64,000 nucleotides of DNA from Actinomycetota bacterium (GTDB taxonomy: Bacteria; Actinomycetota; Nitriliruptoria; Nitriliruptorales; JAHWKO01). The position numbers and the translations under genes are program-made. Positions within the stretch are counted from its first letter, which is position 1. Every line of letters begins with the position of its first letter. Shown in pieces: positions 55,261-63,266 of the stretch. Under the pieces are notes generated by a model that ran no database searches, was not told where the DNA came from, and worked only from the letters and a program-made list of their open reading frames with translations. The stretch spans positions 5,198 to 69,197 of the forward strand of contig JAHWKW010000011.1 of NCBI GenBank assembly GCA_019347675.1, given 5' to 3'.

Positions 55261-56774
55261 CCGCGCTCCAGGTCGATGGCGTCCGCAACGACCGTGATGC
55301 GCTTGCCCGGGGCCTCGATCAGCAGGTCACATGCTGCGTGCAACCGGACCTGGTCAGGTGTCAACTCGACGAAGCTCCCGGCAGCGTTCTGCACGCGCAC
55401 CCGATCGGCGGTCTCGTCGAGGACGATGCGCTGCCCCGCCCGCGTGGTGAACGTGTACCGGCGAACCCGACCGTCCTGCACGCCGGCGTCGGGCGCCGGC
55501 TCCGAACCGTACAGGCCGCCCACCACCACGCCCCGCGCCGGGTCGCCGTGCGGCAAGGCGACGAGCACGCGATCGTCGACGTCGGGCAGTGCAACCAGGC
55601 CCTTACCGGCTCCGGCTCCGGACAGCACGACCTGCAGCCATTCGGTCGGGGCGTCGTCGAAGGTGGGGAGGTGGACCTTCACCCGGCCGAGCTGTTCCGG
55701 GTCATCGACGTCCACGACACGACCGGGCGCCAGCGCCGCCGGGCGGTCCGTCCGGCGGTCGCGGGTCGGTTCGGTGCTGAACTCGGTGAGGAAGCCCGGC
55801 TCCCCCACGGTGTGGGTCGCGCTGGTCACGACGTAGCGCCCCGCGAGCCCCGGGGCGGTGTCGTCGACGCGGACGGGCGTTCCGGGGCGGATCCGGTGGT
55901 CGCCCTCGGCGACCCCCCACAGCGTCACCTCGCCAGCCGAGCGCACGTCCAGCTCGGCCTGCGCCTCGCCCCGGGTGAGATCGGCCGTGGGCGCCCCGAC
56001 GTGGGCGAGAACCCGCTCGTCGCTGCCCCCCACCTGGGTCGCAGTGACGCTGGCGCCGACGTCTCTGGACGTGCGCGCGTCGCCAGCCTCCTCCCGGTGG
56101 ACATCGATCCGCCGCGGGTCCCACCCGAGCGCGACGACCCGGCGAGCAGCCCGCTCCGCGTTGACCTCCGTGCGGGCCTGCCACAGGTTCCTTCCCAGCT
56201 CCAGACGAATCTCGTCCCCGGCACCCTCGAGTGTGATCAAGTGCAGCGCCCCGTCGTGGACCGTGAAGAACAGGCCCGCCCGGGCGGTGACCTCCTGGAG
56301 GAGTTCGAGGTCGCTCTGCGCGTGCTGGGTGATCTGCGGCCAACGGGGGCCGCTCTCCGCCACGTCGACGTCCAAGCCGACCGCCCCTGCGAGCTGCTCC
56401 GCCAGCTCCGCCGGGGTCAGCTGCGCGAAGGTGCGGACCTGCTGCCGCTTGCGTAGGCGGTGCAGCAGGTCATAGGCGCGTACCCGCACCACCACGCCGC
56501 GGTCACCCTCGTAGACATGCTCGACGACGGTGGTCTCGCCCTCGAACAGGGCTGTGCCGTCCGCGGCCAGCCCGACCTGGAGTTGCGTGCCCGGTTGGAG
56601 GCGGCGCCCCACGTCGAACGTCGACGGCGGGTCGACGAACGTCAGCTCCGCTTGGGTCGGGACCGACAGTCGCTGGCGGATCCGCAACGCGCTCAGCGGC
56701 CGCCGTTCCCCCTCGTTGAGGGCGGCTCCGTCGACCCGGACGAGCAGTTCGGGCAGGCTGGCGATCGCGGTCAC
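55257..56774 (-). CDS. CIS spike/hub protein, VgrG-like (phage gpD + gp5 OB fold; Afp8-type)
   Basis: Start at GTG 56774 (GTGA overlap). gpD-like region (FEGETTVVEHVYEGDRGVVVRVRAYDLLHRLRKRQQVRTF..SDLELLQEVTARAGLFF). gp5/VgrG OB region (GRVVDVDDPEQLGRVKVHLPTFDD..WLQVV..GLVALPDVDDRVLVALPHGDPARGVVVGGLY). Confidence 0.85.
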   Translation of the reverse strand: MTAIASLPELLVRVDGAALNEGERRPLSALRIRQRLSVPTQAELTFVDPPSTFDVGRRLQPGTQLQVGLAADGTALFEGETTVVEHVYEGDRGVVVRVRAYDLLHRLRKRQQVRTFAQLTPAELAEQLAGAVGLDVDVAESGPRWPQITQHAQSDLELLQEVTARAGLFFTVHDGALHLITLEGAGDEIRLELGRNLWQARTEVNAERAARRVVALGWDPRRIDVHREEAGDARTSRDVGASVTATQVGGSDERVLAHVGAPTADLTRGEAQAELDVRSAGEVTLWGVAEGDHRIRPGTPVRVDDTAPGLAGRYVVTSATHTVGEPGFLTEFSTEPTRDRRTDRPAALAPGRVVDVDDPEQLGRVKVHLPTFDDAPTEWLQVVLSGAGAGKGLVALPDVDDRVLVALPHGDPARGVVVGGLYGSEPAPDAGVQDGRVRRYTFTTRAGQRIVLDETADRVRVQNAAGSFVELTPDQVRLHAACDLLIEAPGKRITVVADAIDLERG

Positions 56775-57511
56775 CGCGTGGACCGCCGTGGCCGGGTCGG
56801 CGGGATCCTCAGCGCGGTGCCGGCCTCGATCCCGAACGGGTCGTCCAAGTCGTTGTAGACGGCCAGCAGTCGCCAACTGAGCGGGTTGTCCAGCGCCTGG
56901 GCCGCAACCAGGTCGGGGCGCGTGCCGGCGTACCCGCCCGCGTCGTCGCCGTCGCCGATGGCTCTGACCACCCCGACCGGCTCCGCGTCGAGATCGATGG
57001 CACTGGGTGGCTGCGGTGGTTCCGGGAACTCGCGGAACATCTCCTCGGACTCCTCGGCGACCCGGAGCAGCTTCAGCTTCAGCCAGGACCGGCGGGGGAC
57101 TCCCTCGGCGGTGAAGTCGTCGAACCGCTCGGCCGCCGCGGCGACCACCCCCGGCACGTTCCACGACTTGCCCCACACGAACCGCACCAACGGGGGGCGG
57201 CGGACGCCCTGCTGCCGGGCGGTGTTCTCGGCCAGCATCATCAGCGGCCGGGTGAGTTCACGCACGTCCTGGTACAGCTCGGCAGTGCGCTCGCTGATGG
57301 TGATGTCGAACAGCAGGTCGAGGTCGAGCTCGGTCCGGCCACCACCGGTGAACAGCAACGGGTCGTCCATCAAGGTACTGCCGGTGAGCTGGCCAGCGGC
57401 GGTGCTGCGCGGTCGTACCCCGGCCGCCCGGCTGACGACCACCGTGCTGGGGTTGAGCAGGCAACCGATCCGCTGCCCGGTCTCCTCGATGAGGAAGGCG
57501 ACCCGTTCCAC
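56771..57511 (-). CDS. CIS tube-initiator / baseplate hub protein with a LysM-like C-terminus (Afp7-type)
   Basis: Start at GTG 57511, overlapping the upstream TAG (TAGTG). Tube-like N-terminal half (VAFLIEETGQRIGCLLNPSTVVVSR..LLFTGGGRTELDLDLLFD). The C-terminus DLVAAQALDNPLSWRLLAVYNDLDDPFGIEAGTALRIP resembles LysM. The upstream 355 aa of track ORF 56771-58576 are rejected as Arg/Pro-rich and out of frame. Confidence 0.7.
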   Translation of the reverse strand: MERVAFLIEETGQRIGCLLNPSTVVVSRAAGVRPRSTAAGQLTGSTLMDDPLLFTGGGRTELDLDLLFDITISERTAELYQDVRELTRPLMMLAENTARQQGVRRPPLVRFVWGKSWNVPGVVAAAAERFDDFTAEGVPRRSWLKLKLLRVAEESEEMFREFPEPPQPPSAIDLDAEPVGVVRAIGDGDDAGGYAGTRPDLVAAQALDNPLSWRLLAVYNDLDDPFGIEAGTALRIPPTRPRRSTR

Positions 57512-58662
57512 TAGAAGCCTTCCTGCTCGCGATCGAGCCTGGCGAGGTGCTCGGTGCCGTCGCCCAGTGGCTGCGTGTCCGTTCCCGGCGACAGCGCCGG
57601 CAGGGCAGGCAGGTCGGGCAGGGCGGGCCACAGCTCCTCGGCTCGGCGCGGGGCCTGGAAGGCCGCGCTGCCGGGTGCGCCTGCGGGGCTGTCGGCCGAC
57701 CGTGGCAACGGGGTGGGGGCGCTGGCCGGGTCGGCCGGGAACCGGACCGATGGGCTCTGCGGCGCGGGCTCCGGCGGGAAGCGGGGCGTGACGTGGCGCT
57801 CGCGGCCCCCGCCGGGGTCGTCGTGCGGCGGCCAGGCGGCCGGCCCGGACGCGGCCGGGGAGACGGGCTGTGGTGCGCTGGTCGCGGCCATCCCGGTGCC
57901 GTGATCGGCGAGCCGGCCGGCGTCGGACGGCGCAGCGTGCGTGTCGGCGGCGGAGGCCGGACCGGCGCCTGGCTCGGAGGCCGGCTGTGGGGGCGGCTGT
58001 GGGGGCGGGTCTGCTTCGCGCGGGGGCTGCGGTTCGAGCCTCCCCCTCGCGCCTGCGCTCGGGCCGGATACCTCGGGGTATCTGGGGCGGGGGCGGGCGT
58101 CGGCGTGGTCCATGGGCCCCGCGGTCGACGGCGTCCGAGCTGGCGCGTCCGGCTGCGCGAAGGAGGTCTGCATCTGTCGCGGCGGCGGCGGGGGGACGGC
58201 ACCCGCGGTGCCAGGAGATCCCTGTTCGGCCGGGTCGTGCGCGCCAGCGCTCGGACCGGGGTTCCCGGTCTCGCCTGATCGTTGCGGCCAGGCGGTGCCG
58301 TCCGCGACCACCGCGAACGGGAGCCATCCTCCTTCCCAGGGCGGTGGCCCGTCCGGTTGGGTAGCCCCGCCTTGCACTGGACGGGCAGACGCGCGCGGCA
58401 GGTCCGCGCGCGGCGGTCCGACCGGGCTCTGGTGGGTGCGCAGTCCTGCATCGAGGAGATGCGGGGCGCGTTCCCGAAGCAGCGCGACCCAGTGGTCGGG
58501 CGCGGATCCCAGCGCGGATCCCGGCGCGTTCGGCGAGGCCCCCGGCGGGGGCTGCGTCGTCGGCGTCGCGACCCATCCGTCAAGGGTCGTCGCGACCCGC
58601 CGGAGCCTACTGGCCAGGCGCGCCAGGAGGCGGTCCCTCAGCCGGCCGACCTGTCGTGTCAC
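57511..58662 (-). CDS. Pro-rich low-complexity protein in the CIS operon (possible tape-measure analogue)
   Basis: 383-aa ORF between the tube and tube-initiator genes, on the same strand. It has an ordered N-terminus (APDHWVALLRERAPHLLDAG) and C-terminus (EELWPALPDLP..LARLDREQEGF), with about 250 aa of P/A/G/S-rich sequence between them. The start is uncertain: ATG 58662 would overlap the tube gene by 56 nt. Confidence 0.5.
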   Translation of the reverse strand: MTRQVGRLRDRLLARLASRLRRVATTLDGWVATPTTQPPPGASPNAPGSALGSAPDHWVALLRERAPHLLDAGLRTHQSPVGPPRADLPRASARPVQGGATQPDGPPPWEGGWLPFAVVADGTAWPQRSGETGNPGPSAGAHDPAEQGSPGTAGAVPPPPPRQMQTSFAQPDAPARTPSTAGPMDHADARPRPRYPEVSGPSAGARGRLEPQPPREADPPPQPPPQPASEPGAGPASAADTHAAPSDAGRLADHGTGMAATSAPQPVSPAASGPAAWPPHDDPGGGRERHVTPRFPPEPAPQSPSVRFPADPASAPTPLPRSADSPAGAPGSAAFQAPRRAEELWPALPDLPALPALSPGTDTQPLGDGTEHLARLDREQEGF

Positions 58663-59113
58663 GTTCGATGCCTTCGTAGACGAGCGTCAGACACTCGATG
58701 GCGAGCGCCTTGCTCATGGCGTCGAGCGGCGCCCCGACCCAGCGCGTGGGCCAGGCCCGGGTGAGGTTCCAGCGCAGCACCTCCCCGACGGCGTCCTGGT
58801 CGCGCATCACGATCGAGACCTCCCGCCGGTCGATCTCGCCGGCCGCCGCCGACATCAGCCAGTCCCACATCTGGTCGGACTGGGTCAGCCCGTAGCACAG
58901 CGTGATCTCCGCGTAGTCGACCTGCCCGGGGATGTACCGGGGCGTGACGTTCGCGCCGCCCTCCCGGTACTTGATCGCCTCGACCTGGACGCCCATGCCG
59001 GACACGCTTGTGAAGTGGCCGTTGCCGATGCCCTGCACCTCGACGTGGAAACGGAACGACCGGAGTGGATCGGTGACGCTCCCCGGTGCGGCCGTTGCAC
59101 CTATCTCAGCCAT
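58607..59113 (-). CDS. CIS inner tube protein (T4 gp19-like; Afp1/Cis1-type)
   Basis: DPLRSFRFHVEVQGIGNGHFTSVSGMGVQVEAIKYREGG..YIPGQVDYAEITLCYGLT..MWDW..WNLTRAWPTRWVGAPLDA is the conserved phage-tail-region tube family pattern. Confidence 0.85.
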   Translation of the reverse strand: MAEIGATAAPGSVTDPLRSFRFHVEVQGIGNGHFTSVSGMGVQVEAIKYREGGANVTPRYIPGQVDYAEITLCYGLTQSDQMWDWLMSAAAGEIDRREVSIVMRDQDAVGEVLRWNLTRAWPTRWVGAPLDAMSKALAIECLTLVYEGIERDTTGRPAEGPPPGAPGQ

Positions 59114-59123
59114 GCTGCACTCC

Positions 59124-60368
59124 TCAGCTCTCGCCTTCGCCGGCCTCGACGCCGCGCTCCGTGTGGGTGATCTCGAAGATGACGAACTCGGCCGGCTTGA
59201 CCGGGGCGATGCCGATCACGCATCGGACCTCGCCCGCGTCGACGCTCTCTGGGGGGTTGGTCTGCTCGTCGCAGCGGACGAAGAAGGCCTCGTCGGGTGT
59301 CCGGCCCATCAGCGCCCCGTCGCGCCAGACGCGCGTCAGGAAGGCGCGCACGTCACGGCGGATCCGGTTCCACAGCTGGTAGTCGTTGGGCTCGAAGACG
59401 ACCCACCGTGTCCCCTCGGCGATCGACTCCTTGAGCATGTTCACGAGCCGGCGCACCGGCACGTAGAGGTACTCGCTGGCCGCGTCGGCCAGCGTTCGCG
59501 CCCCCCACACCATGATCCCCTCGGCCGGGAAGTAGCGCAGGCAGTTGACGCCGCGCGGGTTGAGGACCCCCTGCTCCTCGCGGGTGACGCGGTAGGTGAG
59601 GTTCAGCGCGCCACGGACCGGTTCGTTCGCCGGCGCCTTGTGGACGCCCCGCGTCGCGTCGGTGCGGGCGTAGATCCCAGCCAGACTGCCGGAGGCCGGT
59701 GCGGTCACCTGCCCGGGACCGAACGGGTTGCCGACGACGACCTGAGGGAAGTAGACCGCGGCATGCGTGCTGTTGGGCGGCCGGTACCCGCCCGCGCCAG
59801 ACAGGCCACCGCCGCCACCCCCGCCTTCGCTTGTGGTGTCCTCGTCCTCGTCGCCACGCTCGCTGCGGCGGGACGTCGTGGGTTCGGCGGTGGCCACCTC
59901 GGTCAAGCGCTCGACGCGATCCACATCCGCCGGGGCGTCCAGGATCGCGAAGCGGTCCTCCATCTTCTCGCAGTGGGTGATCAGCGCCTGGTACGACTCG
60001 ATGTCGGTACGGCCGGGCGCTGCCACGATCGCGAGCTCGTCGACCGCCTCGAACAGGCTGAGCCCCTGCCTGGGACCTGTGATCTCGGCGTCCTCGGATC
60101 CGAGGTTGACGATGTGAAGTCGCCGGCCACCGTTGTCGAAGAACCCCTGGACGGCCAGCGCCAGCGCGGTCGGCTGGGGATCGTCGACGTCGGCGAAAGT
60201 GTCGACGAACCGGGGCCACCCTTCGACGGCCACGATCTCGTTGACCCGCGCGTTGCTGTCAGGCGCCACGCCGACGAACCCTGCGGTGCTGGTGCCGACC
60301 CTTTGGATCGGACGGGCCCCTGAGGGGACCTCTCGGACGTAGACGCCGGGCGTCAGGTAGGTGGTCAC
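59124..60368 (-). CDS. CIS contractile sheath protein (Afp2/Cis2-type)
   Basis: GTG start. The N-terminus TTYLTPGVYVREVPSG..VGTSTAGFVGVAP and the C-terminal block RGVNCLRYFPAEGIMVWGARTL..YVPVRRL are classic phage tail sheath signatures. Confidence 0.9.
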   Translation of the reverse strand: MTTYLTPGVYVREVPSGARPIQRVGTSTAGFVGVAPDSNARVNEIVAVEGWPRFVDTFADVDDPQPTALALAVQGFFDNGGRRLHIVNLGSEDAEITGPRQGLSLFEAVDELAIVAAPGRTDIESYQALITHCEKMEDRFAILDAPADVDRVERLTEVATAEPTTSRRSERGDEDEDTTSEGGGGGGGLSGAGGYRPPNSTHAAVYFPQVVVGNPFGPGQVTAPASGSLAGIYARTDATRGVHKAPANEPVRGALNLTYRVTREEQGVLNPRGVNCLRYFPAEGIMVWGARTLADAASEYLYVPVRRLVNMLKESIAEGTRWVVFEPNDYQLWNRIRRDVRAFLTRVWRDGALMGRTPDEAFFVRCDEQTNPPESVDAGEVRCVIGIAPVKPAEFVIFEITHTERGVEAGEGES

Positions 60369-60369
60369 G

Positions 60370-61047
60370 TCATTCCTCCTGCATCTCGCAGCGGATCACC
60401 AGCGGTTCGCCGTCGGTCGCGACGTCCGCGGTCGCGACGAACTGCCGGCCTTTGGCGCTGATGCGGAACCGCTGCTGGCCTTCCCCGCGGGGGACCGACG
60501 GGAAACCGAAATGCCCGCGCTCGTCGCTGTAGGCACGACGGTCGAGGCCGACCAGCTCGATCCGAGCATGAGGGATCGGCACCGACCCGGGACCGACGAT
60601 CCGCCCCTCCAGCGTCCCGACCGCCGACAGGTCGACCGCCAGCGGCCGCACCACCAGGGAGACCTGCGGCTTGGGCCGCGGCACGGTGACCTCCACGTCC
60701 ACGACGAACGACGGGCGAGGTGGCACCCCAAGGGCCAACCAGACCTCGGGCGGCAGCGCGCCGAGGTCGACGTCCCAGTCGGGCACCTGGAGGGCCGTCA
60801 CCAACAGCTCCTGCAGGCGGCCGGCGGCGTCCTCGCCCTGCGTGAGCACCAGGCACCGCAGCCCGAACCTCAGCGGCTCCCGGTGGCCGGCGTCGCGCAG
60901 CTCCTGACGAGGACTCAAGGCCAACGGGTACAGGACGACGTCGGCGTCCGCAGCCGAACCGGGCTCCTCCCTGCTGATCGTGACCGGCCCCAGAACCGAC
61001 TGCGCCCACTCCCGCAGAGCCTCCTCTACGTGGCGAACGGATTCCAC
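60370..61047 (-). CDS. CIS tail terminator/cap protein (DUF4255, Afp16-type) with a carboxypeptidase-regulatory-like C-domain
   Basis: DUF4255-like N-domain (VVLYPLALSPRQELRD..FGLRCLVLTQGED..LQELLVTALQ). The C-domain GTLEGRIVGPGSVPIPHARIELVG..RAYSDERGHFGFPSVP is CarboxypepD_reg-like. The stop lies 1 nt before the sheath start. Confidence 0.75.
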   Translation of the reverse strand: MESVRHVEEALREWAQSVLGPVTISREEPGSAADADVVLYPLALSPRQELRDAGHREPLRFGLRCLVLTQGEDAAGRLQELLVTALQVPDWDVDLGALPPEVWLALGVPPRPSFVVDVEVTVPRPKPQVSLVVRPLAVDLSAVGTLEGRIVGPGSVPIPHARIELVGLDRRAYSDERGHFGFPSVPRGEGQQRFRISAKGRQFVATADVATDGEPLVIRCEMQEE

Positions 61048-61263
61048 CCTCGAGTCTCGTTCTACACGGGAACACGCGCCGCGTACCGACGCCCCAGGTC
61101 AACCCCGCGCACATCTGCGCCCGTCGGGATCCTAGCGCAATCCGTGCGGATAAGGCAGACCTGATGCAGTTCGGATTCACGGCCGTCGACGGTCGAATCC
61201 GGTGCGCCCCAGGCGAGGGCCAGCGCCGTCGGGGTTCGATCGACCTCAGCACGGAGCTGACCC

Positions 61264-61869
61264 TTACACCGCGTACGCCCATTCCTCGTGCCACGTGTGG
61301 GGATAGACGCCACACATGAAGTAGTCCTTGAAGGAACGGATCGGCTTGCTCTGGTGGTCGTGGTAGAGGAGCCAGTAGGGCAGGACCGTGGCCAGGACGT
61401 AGTTGACCATCACCAGGGGCACGTAGGTGGGACCGAAGATGCGGGCCTGGACGACATGCATGTACTCGTGGTTGGCGGTGTGCTTGGAGGTTCCTGCTTC
61501 GACGTTGCCGATGGTCGTGGCGAAGCCGGGAAAGAGACCATCCCGGAGCACGACCGTGCTGCGGGACTCGCTCTGCGTCTTGTCTGGACGATTGCCGAGG
61601 ACCAGGTTGAGCGTCAAGAAGAGGGAGCCCAGGATCGTGTTCGGCAGGCTCCAGGTGTGGTCGACGATCAAGAGCCAGACCCCGCGCGCATCGTTGCCGT
61701 AGCTCTTCGTGACGACGACGGCGACGGCATGCACGACGCCCAGCGCCAGCCCGACGGCACCGAACGCGACACCGCTCGCGGGGTTCATGGCCGCGCCGCC
61801 CAGACCGAGCGCGGCCGTGTTCGTGATCACACGAACGATCGCGACCGTGGCGGCGTAACTTGTCGGCAT
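61264..61869 (-). CDS. Membrane protein with an HExxH motif (putative metallopeptidase-like)
   Basis: 201 aa with about 4-5 TM helices and the motif NHEYMHVVQARIFGP between helices. A 100-nt sample I counted by hand within this gene is 58% GC, against roughly 70% estimated elsewhere in the window. It lies directly upstream of the CIS operon on the same strand. Confidence 0.55.
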   Translation of the reverse strand: MPTSYAATVAIVRVITNTAALGLGGAAMNPASGVAFGAVGLALGVVHAVAVVVTKSYGNDARGVWLLIVDHTWSLPNTILGSLFLTLNLVLGNRPDKTQSESRSTVVLRDGLFPGFATTIGNVEAGTSKHTANHEYMHVVQARIFGPTYVPLVMVNYVLATVLPYWLLYHDHQSKPIRSFKDYFMCGVYPHTWHEEWAYAV

Positions 61870-61886
61870 CGGAGTTGTCTTCCCGG

Positions 61887-63203
61887 TCAGTCGACCGGCG
61901 CATCCGATGGAACTCGCTGCGGGTCCGAGGCCTCAGAGCCTGCGCCGGCACCCAGGTGGCCGTCGTTCCCCGCCCCGCTGGAGTCCTCCGCAAGTTGCCC
62001 GGTTTGTTCGTCGAACCGCCAGTAACCGACAAGGCCGGGAAGGTCACCGCTCAGCGTCTCGTTCATCGTTGCCGTGACGTCGTTCTGCGAACGTGCCACG
62101 TTCCAGACCCGGACCTCATCGATCAAGCCGTGGAAGGAGTCTTCCCAGATGCCGATGAGCAGCACGTTCGCATTCGAGACCTGACCAGTGTGAGGGGCGA
62201 CGTCGAGCAGTTGGCCATCCCGATAGATGCGGATCTGGGCGCCATCGTAGGTGGCTGCCAGATGCTGCCACTGGCCGACCTGGAGGTTGCCAACTCCTGA
62301 GCTCGCAGAGTCGCATCCGGGAACGCAGACGCTCAGCCCCCATCGACTGTGGTCGTTGCGGTCAAGGAACAGGGTCCACGCGGAGCCGGAGAAGGGCGGG
62401 AGGGTTTTGGCGTGTTGAACGACCGCAGCGAAGCTTCCGTTAGATGCCACCGATTGTGGTCTGACCCACGCCTCCACCGTGAACTGGGTCTGGAAGTTGA
62501 AGTCGCCTGTTGTGTTGGGGACGCTGACGAAGTCGTTTTCCCCGTCGAACTGCAGGGCGCCGTTCGGCACACCCGACGACACGACGAGGTCGACGGCGGT
62601 GCCCGGCTCGACGTCCGTGCCAGCCGCAGGGTCCTGCGCGACGACCCGACCTTCCGGCTCCTCGTCGGAGGGCTGCTCGGTGACGTCCCCGAGCGCCAGA
62701 CCAGCGGAAACCAACCGCTCCTGCGCCGCCTCGACGGTGAGCCCGCCCACGTCAGGAACACCGACCCCGCCGTCGTTGCCGACGACGATCCACATCACCA
62801 CCGCCACCGCGACCACCGCGACGACCACCGCGACGATCCACCACGGGAACTTCCCCCCACCGTCCGGCGGGACCTGGACCGGGACCTGCTGGCTGACGTC
62901 GTGGACGTCGTCCGGGTCGTCCTCCGCGACCGCCGTCAAGCGGAAGTGGTACCTCCCGGCCTCGACCTCGGGGGGCACCGCGACGTCCACGGAGAACTGC
63001 AGCGTTTCGTCCACACGAGCCTGCTGCACGGGCTCCTTGACGGTGTACCAGTCCTCCTGGGCTGGGTCCTCGACCGAGACGCGCGAACGGATCTGTCGAG
63101 CGACGCCACTCTTGTTCTGCACGCTGAACACCACCGATCCGCGACGCGTGGACGTGTCAACAGCGACGTGGTCGGTCCCTGGATCGATGGTGAAGTACGG
63201 CAC
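61887..63203 (-). CDS. Bitopic membrane protein: conserved cytoplasmic N-domain, TM, PASTA and LamG (concanavalin-like) ectodomains
   Basis: GTG start (MPYFTIDPGTDHV..GSVVFSVQNKSG). TM segment WWIVAVVVAVVAVAVVMWIVV. PASTA module (VPDVGGLTVEAAQERLVSAGLALGDVTEQPSD..VVAQDPAAGTDVEPGTAVDLVVS). LamG-type domain (LQFDGENDFVSV..FTVEAWVRP..WQHLAATYDGAQIRIYRDGQL..IDEVRVWNVARS). Confidence 0.75.
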   Translation of the reverse strand: MPYFTIDPGTDHVAVDTSTRRGSVVFSVQNKSGVARQIRSRVSVEDPAQEDWYTVKEPVQQARVDETLQFSVDVAVPPEVEAGRYHFRLTAVAEDDPDDVHDVSQQVPVQVPPDGGGKFPWWIVAVVVAVVAVAVVMWIVVGNDGGVGVPDVGGLTVEAAQERLVSAGLALGDVTEQPSDEEPEGRVVAQDPAAGTDVEPGTAVDLVVSSGVPNGALQFDGENDFVSVPNTTGDFNFQTQFTVEAWVRPQSVASNGSFAAVVQHAKTLPPFSGSAWTLFLDRNDHSRWGLSVCVPGCDSASSGVGNLQVGQWQHLAATYDGAQIRIYRDGQLLDVAPHTGQVSNANVLLIGIWEDSFHGLIDEVRVWNVARSQNDVTATMNETLSGDLPGLVGYWRFDEQTGQLAEDSSGAGNDGHLGAGAGSEASDPQRVPSDAPVD

Positions 63204-63266
63204 CCCGGTTCCTTCCTCATGTTCGCGAGACCACCACGTGTCAGGGATGGCTGATCCCGGTGGCGA

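Noticed and set aside
57512-58576. N-terminal 355 aa of the 601-aa track ORF 56771-58576 (also 57258-58583 and 57941-59170)
   Set aside because: The translation is Arg/Pro/Ala-rich and looks nothing like a protein. The recognisable tube-initiator homology begins only at GTG 57511, which overlaps the stop of the upstream gene.
60365-62047. 560-aa minus-strand ORF spanning the cap gene, the intergenic gap and the HExxH gene
   Set aside because: It is out of frame with two ORFs that carry real domain signatures (DUF4255, HExxH membrane protein). Its translation is Arg/Gly/Pro-rich, so it is a shadow ORF.
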